DNA of 64,000 nucleotides from Candidatus Latescibacterota bacterium (GTDB lineage Bacteria > Latescibacterota > UBA2968 > GCA-2709665). Each line of letters opens with the position of its first letter. Position 1 is the first letter of the stretch. The position numbers and the translations under genes were made by a program. The DNA is taken from NCBI GenBank assembly GCA_965116875.1, contig OZ220733.1, positions 3,456,001 through 3,520,000 on the forward strand, written 5' to 3'. Below are positions 27,015-38,627 of this stretch, in pieces. The notes below the pieces were generated by a model that ran no database searches, was not told the origin of the DNA, and saw only the letters and a list, made by a program, of their open reading frames with translations.

Positions 27015-30000
27015 ATGAATGTCTGCATTCTTGCAGTCGTCTCCATTATCCTCACACTGGTGTTTGCTGGCGACGCCTGCCCGCAGGAAACAGGCCACGT
27101 ACCGTTCTGCAAGCCTATCGATCTCTCGCAGGTGCATCCTGAGGGCTCTGAAGCTGCGGGCAAGCGGGCACTCGGTCTGAACACGGGCGATCCACGGACG
27201 GTGCGGGTGATTTACTTCGTACCCAGTGACCGTTCGTTTTCAATCACCGTAGAAGACTCGATACAAAGGGCGGTACGGCAGGTGCGGGCTTTTTTTGCCG
27301 AACATATGAAGGCGCACGGCTTTGACGTCAACGCCATCAACATTGAAACAGCGGACGACGGTGAGCCGCTGATCCATCGTTTCACGGGACAACACCCCAA
27401 CAACCACTACGCCGACGATATGCACTCCGCTGTCTTCAGGGAGGTCCGCCAGGATTACGATACCAATTCGAATACCTATGTCGCCTTCATCGACAATAGC
27501 CGAATCTTTGCAGCGCGCGGAGGCAGAAACGGGAAAACCGGTGGAGAGGCGTCCATGCGCGTGGACGTTGACTGGCAAACGGTGGCGCATGAACTGGGAC
27601 ACGGGTTCGGCTTACACCACGATTTTCGAAACGATGCGTACGTCATGTCATATGGCAATGAACCGGACAGTCTTTCGGCTCTGGCTGCTGAATTCCTTTC
27701 CGTGCATCCATACTTCAATCCCGGGATAACAACCCAATCGACGGCTAGTCCCACCGTCGAACTCATTTCGTCCCGTAAGTTTCCACCGAACGAGGAAGAG
27801 ATCGATGTTCAATTCAAGGTGGCGGATGCAGACGGGCTTCAACAGTTGATTCTGTTTGCGATGACGCCGCCAATTAATTGGGGTGGGGGATTCCCGGAAA
27901 TAAAGGCGTGGCGCGGCATGGCGAAGGAGGTAGATGCCGTCATTGACTTCCAGTACGCACGCGACGCCGTTGGGATAATACAGAACCCCGATGTGGAGAG
28001 AATTCATGTTAATGCGGTAGACACGGATGGAAATGTCGGGCAGGCATGGTTCAATCTCGTGAGTATTTCGCCATATCACTTCGCCTCGCTCAGTGGGCAT
28101 ACGCACGCGGTCTTCAGCGTGTTGTTCTCGCCGGACGGAAAGGTCGTAGCTTCCGGTTCAGACGACGGTACGATTGGGTTATGGGACGTTGCGTCGAGTA
28201 CGAGACTTGCGACCCTTCCGCAACCAGGCGCTATCAATTCGGTGACGTTTTCGCCCGATGGCTCCACCATCGCTTCCGGATCATACGACGGGAATGTCCA
28301 CCTCTGGGCGGTTGCGACCGGACAACTCATTACCACGCTTGAAGCACAGGGCGGTGAAGTGTTGTCCGTGTCGTATTCACCTGATGGTTCGACCCTCGCA
28401 TCCTTGTCATCCGATGGCAAGATCCGTCTTTGGGAAGTCGTAACGAGAAAGACTGACGCAACACTCGTGGGTCCGCCCATCGGTGTCGGGTCGGTTTTCT
28501 TCTCGCCGGACGTGCTGTTCAGCCCTGATGGAACGATTCTTGCGTCCTGGTCGGGAGACAATGCGTTGAGGCTATGGGACGTGGCGACGGGCGCCAGACT
28601 TGCAATCCTGCCGCATTCACAGCTTGTCTCTACGGTGTCGTTTTCGGCCGACGGTTCAACCCTCGCTTCCGGTTCATCCGACGGCAACGTCTGGCTGTGG
28701 ACGGTTGCAGCGGGGGAACAAATCCACACACTGGATGGACATTCTGGGGCGGTCGCGTCGGTGTTGTTTTCACCTGACGGTATGACCCTCGCTTCCGGTT
28801 CATACGACAATACGGTCCGGATTTAGCGAGTCGAAACGGGAGAGGCCGTCACCTCGCTTACAGGACACACGCAGGGTGTCTCATCGGTGTTGTTTTCACC
28901 CGACGGAACCATACTTGCTTCCACTTCACGGGACAATACCGTGAAGTTATGGGACATTGCGACGGGCGCGAGTCTTGCCACCTTTCGGCATGCACACTTT
29001 GCCCCTTCGATGTCATTTTCGCCGGATGGTCGACTCCTCGCTACTTCGGATAACAAAACGGTCGAGTTATGGGACCTGTCCGCGTGGACCCTGCCGCGCG
29101 CGCAGACCGTGACGATCATTTCAGGTGACAACCAGGAAGGCGCACCCGGCGCCGCATTGGCTGATCCGCTGATCGTTGAAATACGAGATCAGTTCGGTGA
29201 ACCCATAGCCGGCGCGCAGGTCACGTTTACGGTCGTTGCAGGCGATGGAAGCCTCACCGGCGGATTCACGACCGAGAATGTCACATCCGGTCCCGACGGC
29301 AGGGCGGAGGTACTCTTCACCCTCGGTCCAAATCCTGGTCCTAGTAACGTCAAGGTATCCATCACCGAACTGGCAATAGAAACCTTCAAAGCCGTGGGCA
29401 TTGGAACCCCGGTTGTAACGGGTGACGCCCGTGATTATCCAACGTGGCATCTGCCACGTGATGCCGCACTGCGCCTGGCCAGGGGTGCCATTGGCGAAAG
29501 CCAAAGGGCGGTTGTCTTCTCGCCTGACGGGAGGTTTGTTGCTGTTGCAAGTGGTATTGGAGTGTGGCTCTACCACGTGGAGAACCCGAAAAGATCCGCT
29601 CTGCTGCCCTCGGGTGTCGTCCATTCGGTGTCTTTTTCGCCGGACGGCAACACGCTTTTCTCATCGGGAGGTTCGGGGAGCGAGGGAGAGGTCATGCTGT
29701 GGGACGTGGCAACGCAAACCCACACCCGCATACCCATTCAAGAGGGTGACTTCGCCAATCTACTGTTATCACCGGATGGAGCCACCCTTGCCTACCATGG
29801 AGGCTATTCGACCCTTAAAATGCGGGATGTGACGTCGGGTGCTGCTGCGTGGACTCTGGGGACGTTTGAAGCGTTTAAGACAGATCCTACATGTCTAACG
29901 TTTTCGCCGGATGGTGCCACCTTCGCTTCCGGGCATTGGGACGGGACCATCCGGCTATGGGACGTGGCATCACGCACGATTGCTACGACCCTGGAGGGGC

Positions 30001-31715
30001 ATCGTCGCTATATCGACTCCGTGTCCTTTTCTCCGGATGGAAGTACCCTGGCGTCGGCTTCCGCTGACGGTACAGTCCAGATATGGGACATCGCGACGGG
30101 CACGTCGACCGTCACCATCCGCGATTGGTCGCAGCCCATTTGTGTGGCGTTTTCGCCAGATGGTGACCGCCTGGCTTCGGGCTGGTGGGATGGGAGCGTT
30201 ACACTGTGGGACATTGCGACACGGCGAAGTCTCGCCAAATATAACGACCATGGTGACAGGGTTCAGGCGGTTTCGTTCTCTCCGCTGGGAAAGACTCTGG
30301 CCACGGCATCTGAAGATGGAACCGTCAAACTCTTCGACCTGGCCAGCGGCAATGCCAATACCCTTTTCGGCCATTCGGGCCCGATTTGGGGTATGGCATT
30401 TTCGCCGGACGGTAGATCACTTGCTTCCCGTTCCGGTACATCCCAGGGAAAGGTCGAAATATGGAACGCTGTTACTGGAAGGATGGTCGCCTCTCTCGGC
30501 GAGCAGAGGTGCTCGCCCGTTAGATCGCTATCCATCTCACCTGACGGGACAACGCTTGCGATCGGATCACAAGATAGTACGGTACGCTTATGGGACCTTG
30601 TCACTCTGACGAATTCCGCCAGACTTGCACACGGAAGTCAGGTTGGGGCGGTTTCGTTTTCACCCGACGGCACTTTACTCGCCTCCTCGGACAAGACGGC
30701 AACGGTAAGCCTGTGGAGCGTCAGGAACGAGAAGATGATCAGGGAGTTTTCGGGCGTACACGATTGGGTCACAATGCTGGTTTTCTCGCCAGATGGATCA
30801 ACTTTGGCGTCAGGATTGCGCAACGGCGAGATCAGGGTGTGGGACGTGACGACGGGCGCTGTCATCCGTGACTTCAAAGGCCATTCTTCGCCGTTAATCT
30901 CCATGGCCTTTGTGCAGGACGGGACAGCGCTTGCTTCCGGCTATTTCGGCGGCGAGATCAGGGTGTGGGACCTGGCGACGGGCTCGCAAGGCGCCACTCC
31001 GAAAGGAACGTGGGGACAATGCCTGGCGTTCTCACCCGACGGCACGATGTTCACCACACGGCAGCATAAAACGGTGATGCTGCGCGACATCTCCACGGGC
31101 GACGATATCGCGACCTATTCGGGGCACAATCACCAGGTCCTTAGCGCAAAATTCACACCGGATGGCAGGACACTCGCGACGGGATCTTATGATGGGACGA
31201 TCCTGCTATGGGATTTGCAACGCCTTCATTCTGTGCCCTTTGATATGAAGAGTGTCTCCGGCATCGAGCAGAAAGCGCCGGCAGGGACAGCGTTAGCCCA
31301 GCCGTTTGTGGTCTCGGTGCGGGACAAAAATGGGGATCCTAACGCCGGCGTCGTCGTCACCTTCGAGGTTACCGCTGGCGGCGGCACGCTTTCGGTAACC
31401 ACCGACACGACCGGCGCCGATGGAAACGCCGCCACGACCCTGACATTGGGTACACAGCCGGGGACAAACACCGTTGTCGCAACGGTCGGTGATCTAAAGC
31501 AAGTGGCTTTTACTGCCATTGGCGAACCGAACCCCGACTTCGATGGCGACGGTAAGGTTGGCTTCGGCGATTTTCTACTATTTGTGGAGAGGTTCGGTCT
31601 CAGTCAGGACGACGACGGATATGAAGTTCGGTACGATCTGGACGGCAACGGCGCGGCGGGATTCTCGGACTTCCTGATATTCGCGGGTAATTTTGGGAAG
31701 AACGCAGCGAATTAG
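27015..31715 (+). pseudogene. Secreted zincin-metallopeptidase / WD40 / Ig (Big_1) / WD40 / Ig / dockerin-like protein interrupted by one in-frame TAG (28824-28826)
   Basis: Track ORFs 26934-28826 and 28887-31715 share a frame; the TAG sits at the Trp of a WD repeat (NTVRI*RVETGEAVTSLTGHT); HELGHGFGLHH zinc motif; C-terminal DFDGDGKVGFGDF..DLDGNG. Confidence 0.8.
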
Positions 31716-31784
31716 GCTGTTGTCAGGCGGGGAACTACGAAACTGGTTGAGGGGTGGTTCGGATACCGCCCTTGCTGCACGCGC

Positions 31785-31964
31785 CCTACACACGCCGACT
31801 CGCTGCGATTCCTCAAGCAGCACTACAAACTCGCAATCCTCACAATCATCCGCGAGGGTATCGCCGCCTCGAACCGCAAGCTGGGCGTAACGTTCGACGC
31901 CATCTATACAGCGGAAGACATCGGCGCCTGCAAGCCGGCCGACGCCAACTTCGAATACCTGTCT
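31785..31964 (+). pseudogene. Diverged internal fragment of the HAD gene (equivalent to ~26121-26305)
   Basis: Reads ADSLRFLKQHYKLAIL...GIAASNRKLGVTFDAIYTAEDIGACKPADANFEYL with a frameshift. Confidence 0.85.
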
Positions 31965-32098
31965 CAAACGAACAGGTACATAACTTGCCTCCTTGATGAA
32001 CGTTATGTGACAACTATCGGAAACCTTACGCGACGAGTATATCGATATTTTCTTACACCGCGCTAAGGGATGTCTTCGCGCGATCTGGTGTTTAGAGA

Positions 32099-35000
32099 AT
32101 GCGTTTCCTTGTCTTTAGACATTCGCTCTCATGGCTACTGCAAACCGTTCGATTCACGCTCGGCGCCTCGGTAATGTTTTGCCTGTTGTTATTCGTTCTA
32201 CCGTGGTCGCCGTCCACGCAGCCCAGCGGGTTTTTCCTCACGCTGGACCTGGACGATGCCGCAGCCGACCAGGCTGTTTCCTCGCTCGACCTCCTTCGCG
32301 ATCAGCCCTTCTCCATCCAGATCTTCGGTAAGGATATTCAGAATGCCACCGGCATTTTCGTGCGCTTGCGTTTCGATGCATCCGAGGTCCTATACGTGGG
32401 CTTCGATCCGGGTGATGTGCTGCCCAGCGTCCAGGCCGCCGTACAGCAGGATTCCACGTCCCTTACCATCGCCGTCTATTCCTCGAGTGGTTCCGCATCG
32501 GTGAACGCGGGTCGGATCGGCACGTTTCGCTTCCGTACGACGGACGCGTTTTCGGACACGGAGGTGTGGTTGGTGGACGCGGGACTTTCCCGCGGCGGGC
32601 AGATCGAGACGATCTCACCTGACATTGGCGTGGCGCTGCACGTGGCCGCGGCTCCATCTCCGGACTTCGACGGCGACGGCGTGGTGGGCTTCTCGGACTT
32701 CGTGGCCTTCGCCGGTGTATTCGGGACAGAGCGTGGCGACAACAGGTACGTGGCGGCGTACGATCTGAACGGCAACGGCGGCATCGGCTTCGATGACTTT
32801 GTGGTCTTCGCCAGCAACTTCGGCAAGAATCCCAATCGCGCTCCCACTTTCGGCGCGGCGCCGCGGGTGACACGTACCTTGGAAGAAAATACGGCTGCCG
32901 GTGAGCCCATCGGGAACCCGGTCACGGCCACGGATGCCGACGGCAATTCCCTGACGTACCGCCTGCGTGGCGTGCACGCGGACAGCTTTGCGATTAAACC
33001 GGGCACGGGTCAGCTTCTCACGAAGGCAGGGATTGCGTACGACCACGAGGCCATGGACAGGTATTCCGTGACGGTACGCGCCAGCGACGCGCAGGGCGGT
33101 CGCGCCACGGTTGTGGTGGGCATCACGGTCACGGATGTGGACGAACCCCCTTCCGCGGCGCCAGATAGCGTGCGGGTCGCTACCCTCGAGGGCGCGCTTG
33201 CCGTGACGTGGACGCCGTCGCTGGACGAGATCGGCAAGCCCACCGTGAGCGGGTACGAGGTGGGGCATAGGCCGGCAGAGGCCCAAGTATGGCGGGAGGG
33301 GCTGCTGGTGGAAGGCCGCACGGATACTGGCGTCACATTGTCAGGTCTGACCAATGATCAGGCGTATCACGTGCGCGTGCGGGCATTGAACGACGAGGGT
33401 GCAAGCCCCTGGTCGGCGCCCGTTGCGGGTGCTCCCACGGCGGGTCCGCGCCCCCGTGGCGTGGTCCGCGACCTGACGGTAAACGTAGACAGCGTCGCGC
33501 AGGTGAACCTCGCCAGCCTGTTCACACGGCCCGCCCTCGGGGCGCTGACCTACGGCGCGACGTCGTCGGACGAGGGGGTTGCCACAGTCACCGTGGCGGA
33601 TACGATGGCGACAGTGTTCGGCGTGGCCACGGGGCGTGCGACCCTCACCGCCACGGCCAGGGACGTGTACGGCGACAGCGCACAGACGAAGTTAGGCGTG
33701 GTCGTAACGACATCGTCAGCGCCACCGCAAAACAACAGGCCACCGTCCTTCGACGACGGATCGGCCACGTCGCGCACCTTGGCGGAGAACACGCCCGCAC
33801 GCCGGCCCATCCAGCATCCGGTGCGCGCCACCGACCCGGACGATGACCTCGTGACGTACAGACTGTCGGGGCCGGACTCCGCCAGTTTCGCCGTTGACAC
33901 AGGTACAGGGCAACTGCGCACGTTGTCGGGCATCACATATGACTTCGAGGACAACGACCGGTATTCCATAATTCTGGAAGGCAGCGATCCTTACGGCGAA
34001 TCCGCCACGATCGGCGTCACGGTACACGTGTCCGACGTGGACGAGCCGCCCGAGATTCCCGCGGCGCCGGTGGTCCAGCCCGCGTCGACGACCAGCCTGG
34101 CGGTCACGTGGGACGCGCCGGACAACACGGGTCCGGATATCACCGACTACGACGTGCAATATCGGAAGAGCGGCAGCTTCATCCCCCATTCACACATAGG
34201 GCCAGGGACGAGTGCGACCATCATCGACCTCGACGTCAACACCCGCTACGAGGTGCAGGTGCGGGCAACGAACGACGAAGGGAACTCCCAATATTCCCGC
34301 TCCGGCTTCGGCGTCACCAGTTCCAACCTCCCGCCGGTGTTCGACGAGGGACAAAGCGCCACGCGCGAGGTGGCAGAAAATACCAGCGGTGTGCAGGACC
34401 TGGGCACGCCCCTGCGCGCGAACGACCCGGAAAACACAGCAGTGACGTACAGCCTTTCCCGCGGCGACACCGGGAGCTTCGACATCGATGAGAATACGGG
34501 GCAGCTGCAGACGAAAACCGGCGTGACCTACGACTTCGAGGCGAAGGACCGCTATTCCGTGACGGTGCAAGCTCAGGACGAACAGAACGGCCGCGCCACC
34601 ATCTCCGTGACCGTCAACGTGACCGACGACGACAGCGAGACGCCGGAGACGCCCGATAAGCCCACGATCACCGCACAGACGCTGAACAGCCTTTCCATAC
34701 GCTGGACGGCGCCTGCCAACACCGGGCCTGCCATCAACGACTACGACGTGCAGTACCGGGAGGGAAGCAGCGGCGCTTTCACCGACTGGCCGCACACGGG
34801 GCCCGGGACGACCACGACCGTCACCGGCCTGAACCCGAACACAGCGTACCAGGTGCAGGTGCTGGCCCGTTCGCCCGAAGGGGAGAGCTCCTGGTCCGCG
34901 TCGGCAGATGCCAGGACCGTGGCCAACCGTGCGCCCACGTTCAACGAGGGCACGAGCACCACGCGCTCATTGGCTGAAAACACCATGGGTACACACGACA

Positions 35001-38000
35001 TCGGCAATCCGCTCACCGCGACGGATACCGACGGAGGCACGCTCACCTACGCCCTCGAAGGCACAGACCGGGCCGCCTTCGCGCACGACGGCAACCAGCT
35101 TCAGACGCTATCGGGACAGACTTACGACTTCGAGGCGAAGCCCCGCTATAAGGTGAAGGTACGCGTCGAAGACGGGCAGGGCGGCAGCAACACGATCGAA
35201 GTTGCCATCAACCTGACGGACCAGCAGGAAACACCCGATACCCCAGACGCGCCCGACGTCTCGGCGGCCTCGTCCACCAGCCTGGAGGTGACGTGGGAAG
35301 AGCCGGAAAACACGGGCCCGGACATCAACGACTACGACGTGCAGTACCGGGAGGGGGACAGCGGCGGCTTCAGCACATGGACACATAACAGCGCACAGCG
35401 CAGTGCAACCATCACGGGCAGGACGCCGGGCACAAGCTACCAGGTGCAGGTGCTGGCGCGGTCTCCCGAAGGCGCCAGCGACTGGTCGGAACCGGGCACG
35501 GGAAGCACGGATGCCAACGCTTTACCCGTGTTTAGCGACGGAGGCAGCGCTACCCGCGCTCTTGATGAGAACACGACGGGCGTGAAGGACGTCGGCGCCC
35601 CGGTCAGTGCGACCGACGCTGAGAAGACCACGCTGACGTACGCGCTTGAAGGCACGCACGCGGACTCCTTCTCCATCGACACCCGCAGCGGCCAGCTCAA
35701 GACCAAGACGGGCAGGACCTACGACTTCGAGGCTCTGTCCCGCTATTCCGTGAACGTGAAGGCCACGGACGGCCACGGCGGCGAGAGTACGATCCCGGTA
35801 TCCATCGACCTGAACGACCTCAACGAGGCCCCGGTCTTCACCAGCGGCAGGGCCTTCGAGGCGGCGGAGAACCAGTCCTTCGCCGGGACGGTCGCCGCCG
35901 CCGACCCGGACCAGGGCGATGCCGTCACAGCCTACACCCTGACCGGCGGCAGCGACCAGGGTCTGTTCGAGATCAACAGCGCCGGGACGCTGTCTTTCAA
36001 GGAGAACCCCGACTTTGAGAGTCCTGCGGACGCGGACAGGAACCGACAGTACAACGTGGCCGTGACCGCAACCGCCGGCGCCGGAGGCCGCGCCTTGACC
36101 GCCCGTCAGTCGATCGCCATCACCCTCACCGACGAGAACGAGCCGCCGGTTTTCACCATTGAAGACACCTTCGAGGTCACCGAGAACACCCGGTTCGTCG
36201 GACGAATGGTGGCCCAGGACGTCGATGCCGGTGATGCCATTACCGGCTACGCTGTCACGGGCGCCGCCGACGGAGACCTGTTCGGGATCGCCAGCACAAA
36301 CCAGCTGCGCTTCAAGGAGGATCCCGACTTCGAGACGCCCGCGGATGCAGGAAGCAACAACGTCTACAGCGTGGTGGTGGAGGCGACCGGCGGCAGCGGC
36401 GCCCGCGAACTGACGGGCGCCAAGAAGGTCGTCGTCCTCGTGAAGGATGACGTGGAACCGCCGGGCAAGCCGGACCCGCCTGCGGTAAGTGAAGAGACCG
36501 AGAGCAGCCTGACCGTGACATGGACGGCGCCGGAAAACACCGGTCCCGTCATAACCAACTACCACGTGCAATACAGGCAAGGCGTCAGCGGGGCCTTCAC
36601 GGATTGGCCCGAGTCCGGCCCGTCCCTGTCTCGCACGATTACCGACGTGAGTTCGGGCAGAGTCTACCGGATCCAGGTACAGGCGCAGAACGACGAAGGG
36701 AAGGGTCCGTGGTCCGACGTGGCCTACGGCCTGATCCTCCCGGCGCCGGTGGTTTCTTCCCCGACCCCGGTCTTCACGCCCGCTCCGGACGAGGACCATG
36801 TCTTCGATCAGCCGGTGACCCATTCCTATAGAGGCGACTACACGAGTAAGCTGGATCCCGGCGACCACACCCGCACCCACGTGAAGTACGACGACGGCAC
36901 GCTCGAGCCGGCAACCGGTACTGCCGGGATCGACATCACCAACAAGAACGCGGGTACCGAATACCACGCGATCACGATAGGCGACAGCGCCGCGATCAAT
37001 GCAAGTGGAAGCGTCGCGGCCAACATCACAGCCGAGGGCAACTCCGGGAACCTTCGGATCCTGAACCGGGGCTCCGTTACTCTCGATAGCGCGGGAATTG
37101 GCATCCGCGCGGTAATGAAGGCCTCCCCCGCCAACATACGCCTCGTGAATGACGGAGACATCACGCTGAACGGTCTCACCGCCGCGCCCGATTCGGCTCA
37201 ATCCAACCATCGTCTTGTGGTCGGGAGCCTCAACAAGGCGGCGGAGCCCCACGACTTTTCAAACTACAGCCACAAGGTCGAGTTGTTCAACATGCCCGGC
37301 GGCCAACTCATTGCCACCGGTCCCTACAACGAACGGGTTGACGGCCTGAAGGCCGAGACCGGGAGCGGACACCTCACACGACTGGTCAACTACGCGGAAG
37401 GCGTGATCCGGATCGAAGGAGAGGGCGCGCGCGGGATCTCGGCTCAGAGTCTCTGGGGAGCGTCACAGGGTCTCAACTTCGGCTCAATCGAAATCAACGG
37501 TTTGTTTGCGATAGGCCTGCACACGGGTAACTGCTCGCCGTGGCCGTTCACGGACAACGGTTGCCATGGGGCCCTGGATGAGATCGTCCCCGACCGGACC
37601 AGCTACGTGCCGGGCGACGTCTACGCGAGGAACTACAGCAATGCCTCCATCACCACGAGGCCGACCACACGCACGGACGACACGCGCCCGCAGCGCCACG
37701 GATACGGAATCAGCGCGAGGACTCAAAATGCCGGCCGGATCTTCGCGATCAACGAAGGGACGATCGACACCGAGGGTAAATGGAGCCATGGTATATATGC
37801 ATACGGTTACCATAATCGCAGAGATCTCGATGACGATAAGTACCCCGATATTCCGGACTACCCTGACACGTGGGAGCACGACGGCGTCTATGTGGTGAAC
37901 ACCGGCACGGTCACCACGGACGGAGAGGCAGCCCACGGTATTCGTGCCGAGCATCACCGAGGCGGCGAGATCAAGGTATTCAACACCGGGAATATCTCAG

Positions 38001-38419
38001 CGACGAGTAAGCACTCGACGAATGCGGAATCTACGTGGTCGGCGGGAATCTCGATTGCGGCGATGGGTGCGGACGTTCCCGGACCGGGATGCGAGACCGC
38101 GGCGGGAGGTCCGGCCGACCCGGACATCGATTGCGCGTCCGTCTACCGTGTGGGCAACGTCCTGGTCCGGAACAGCAGTGACATTGGCGCCCCCGAGGGG
38201 GTCGCGGAGGCTCCCAGCATCGGTATCGACGTGGTGAGCGAGGGCGGGGATATCACGATTATCCACGACGGGAGCATCACGGCCGCCAGGATCGGGATTC
38301 GCGTGAAGACCTCGGGGCAAGGCATGATCACCCTGTACGTAAACGGCGCATTGAACGCGCCGAGGAAGCACCAGGTCATTGGCGGAACGAACAATGACAT
38401 TGTCGTCAACGAGCTTTAG
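32099..38419 (+). CDS. Large secreted/surface protein: cohesin-like, dockerin-like EF-hand pair, alternating cadherin and Fn3 domains, C-terminal beta-helix-like region
   Basis: NRAPTF/ATDAD/DHEA/DVDEPP cadherin motifs; SLAVTWDAP..YDVQYR..YEVQVRATN Fn3 motifs; PDFDGDGVVGFSDF..DLNGNG; C-terminal NxGxI repeats. Confidence 0.88.
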   Translation: MRFLVFRHSLSWLLQTVRFTLGASVMFCLLLFVLPWSPSTQPSGFFLTLDLDDAAADQAVSSLDLLRDQPFSIQIFGKDIQNATGIFVRLRFDASEVLYVGFDPGDVLPSVQAAVQQDSTSLTIAVYSSSGSASVNAGRIGTFRFRTTDAFSDTEVWLVDAGLSRGGQIETISPDIGVALHVAAAPSPDFDGDGVVGFSDFVAFAGVFGTERGDNRYVAAYDLNGNGGIGFDDFVVFASNFGKNPNRAPTFGAAPRVTRTLEENTAAGEPIGNPVTATDADGNSLTYRLRGVHADSFAIKPGTGQLLTKAGIAYDHEAMDRYSVTVRASDAQGGRATVVVGITVTDVDEPPSAAPDSVRVATLEGALAVTWTPSLDEIGKPTVSGYEVGHRPAEAQVWREGLLVEGRTDTGVTLSGLTNDQAYHVRVRALNDEGASPWSAPVAGAPTAGPRPRGVVRDLTVNVDSVAQVNLASLFTRPALGALTYGATSSDEGVATVTVADTMATVFGVATGRATLTATARDVYGDSAQTKLGVVVTTSSAPPQNNRPPSFDDGSATSRTLAENTPARRPIQHPVRATDPDDDLVTYRLSGPDSASFAVDTGTGQLRTLSGITYDFEDNDRYSIILEGSDPYGESATIGVTVHVSDVDEPPEIPAAPVVQPASTTSLAVTWDAPDNTGPDITDYDVQYRKSGSFIPHSHIGPGTSATIIDLDVNTRYEVQVRATNDEGNSQYSRSGFGVTSSNLPPVFDEGQSATREVAENTSGVQDLGTPLRANDPENTAVTYSLSRGDTGSFDIDENTGQLQTKTGVTYDFEAKDRYSVTVQAQDEQNGRATISVTVNVTDDDSETPETPDKPTITAQTLNSLSIRWTAPANTGPAINDYDVQYREGSSGAFTDWPHTGPGTTTTVTGLNPNTAYQVQVLARSPEGESSWSASADARTVANRAPTFNEGTSTTRSLAENTMGTHDIGNPLTATDTDGGTLTYALEGTDRAAFAHDGNQLQTLSGQTYDFEAKPRYKVKVRVEDGQGGSNTIEVAINLTDQQETPDTPDAPDVSAASSTSLEVTWEEPENTGPDINDYDVQYREGDSGGFSTWTHNSAQRSATITGRTPGTSYQVQVLARSPEGASDWSEPGTGSTDANALPVFSDGGSATRALDENTTGVKDVGAPVSATDAEKTTLTYALEGTHADSFSIDTRSGQLKTKTGRTYDFEALSRYSVNVKATDGHGGESTIPVSIDLNDLNEAPVFTSGRAFEAAENQSFAGTVAAADPDQGDAVTAYTLTGGSDQGLFEINSAGTLSFKENPDFESPADADRNRQYNVAVTATAGAGGRALTARQSIAITLTDENEPPVFTIEDTFEVTENTRFVGRMVAQDVDAGDAITGYAVTGAADGDLFGIASTNQLRFKEDPDFETPADAGSNNVYSVVVEATGGSGARELTGAKKVVVLVKDDVEPPGKPDPPAVSEETESSLTVTWTAPENTGPVITNYHVQYRQGVSGAFTDWPESGPSLSRTITDVSSGRVYRIQVQAQNDEGKGPWSDVAYGLILPAPVVSSPTPVFTPAPDEDHVFDQPVTHSYRGDYTSKLDPGDHTRTHVKYDDGTLEPATGTAGIDITNKNAGTEYHAITIGDSAAINASGSVAANITAEGNSGNLRILNRGSVTLDSAGIGIRAVMKASPANIRLVNDGDITLNGLTAAPDSAQSNHRLVVGSLNKAAEPHDFSNYSHKVELFNMPGGQLIATGPYNERVDGLKAETGSGHLTRLVNYAEGVIRIEGEGARGISAQSLWGASQGLNFGSIEINGLFAIGLHTGNCSPWPFTDNGCHGALDEIVPDRTSYVPGDVYARNYSNASITTRPTTRTDDTRPQRHGYGISARTQNAGRIFAINEGTIDTEGKWSHGIYAYGYHNRRDLDDDKYPDIPDYPDTWEHDGVYVVNTGTVTTDGEAAHGIRAEHHRGGEIKVFNTGNISATSKHSTNAESTWSAGISIAAMGADVPGPGCETAAGGPADPDIDCASVYRVGNVLVRNSSDIGAPEGVAEAPSIGIDVVSEGGDITIIHDGSITAARIGIRVKTSGQGMITLYVNGALNAPRKHQVIGGTNNDIVVNEL

Positions 38420-38554
38420 TCTGGTGTTCGCGGGCGGTGGGAGGTGCCTTCTAGATCGTGTCTGCGCAGGGCGTGTTCAGTTGCCAGGACGGAGACATCA
38501 GCGAATAATTCCGCAGGATGCACTTATCACCATCCACAACATCTGCCGACATCT

Positions 38555-38622
38555 CTCGTCCGGAACGCTGACCTACGGCGCGACGTCGTCCAGCGAGGGG
38601 GTTGCCACGGTCACCGTGGCGG
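38555..38622 (+). repeat. Duplicated fragment of the cadherin/Fn3 gene (33535-33599)
   Basis: CGCTGACCTACGGCGCGACGTCGTC..CGAGGGGGTTGCCAC.GTCACCGTGGCGG shared. Confidence 0.8.
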
Positions 38623-38627
38623 TTACA

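Noticed and set aside
28824-28826. Genome-wide TAG recoding or pyrrolysine
   Set aside because: TAG ends several genes at their expected C-termini (1431, 25772, 42108, 46844); the codon sits at a Trp position one base from TGG; no pyl genes seen.
35522-37252. Long antisense or alternate-frame ORFs (also 16360-17838, 10910-12214, 49676-51046, 7312-8598)
   Set aside because: Shadow ORFs of GC-rich genes with clear family motifs on the other strand; they have no recognisable motifs themselves.
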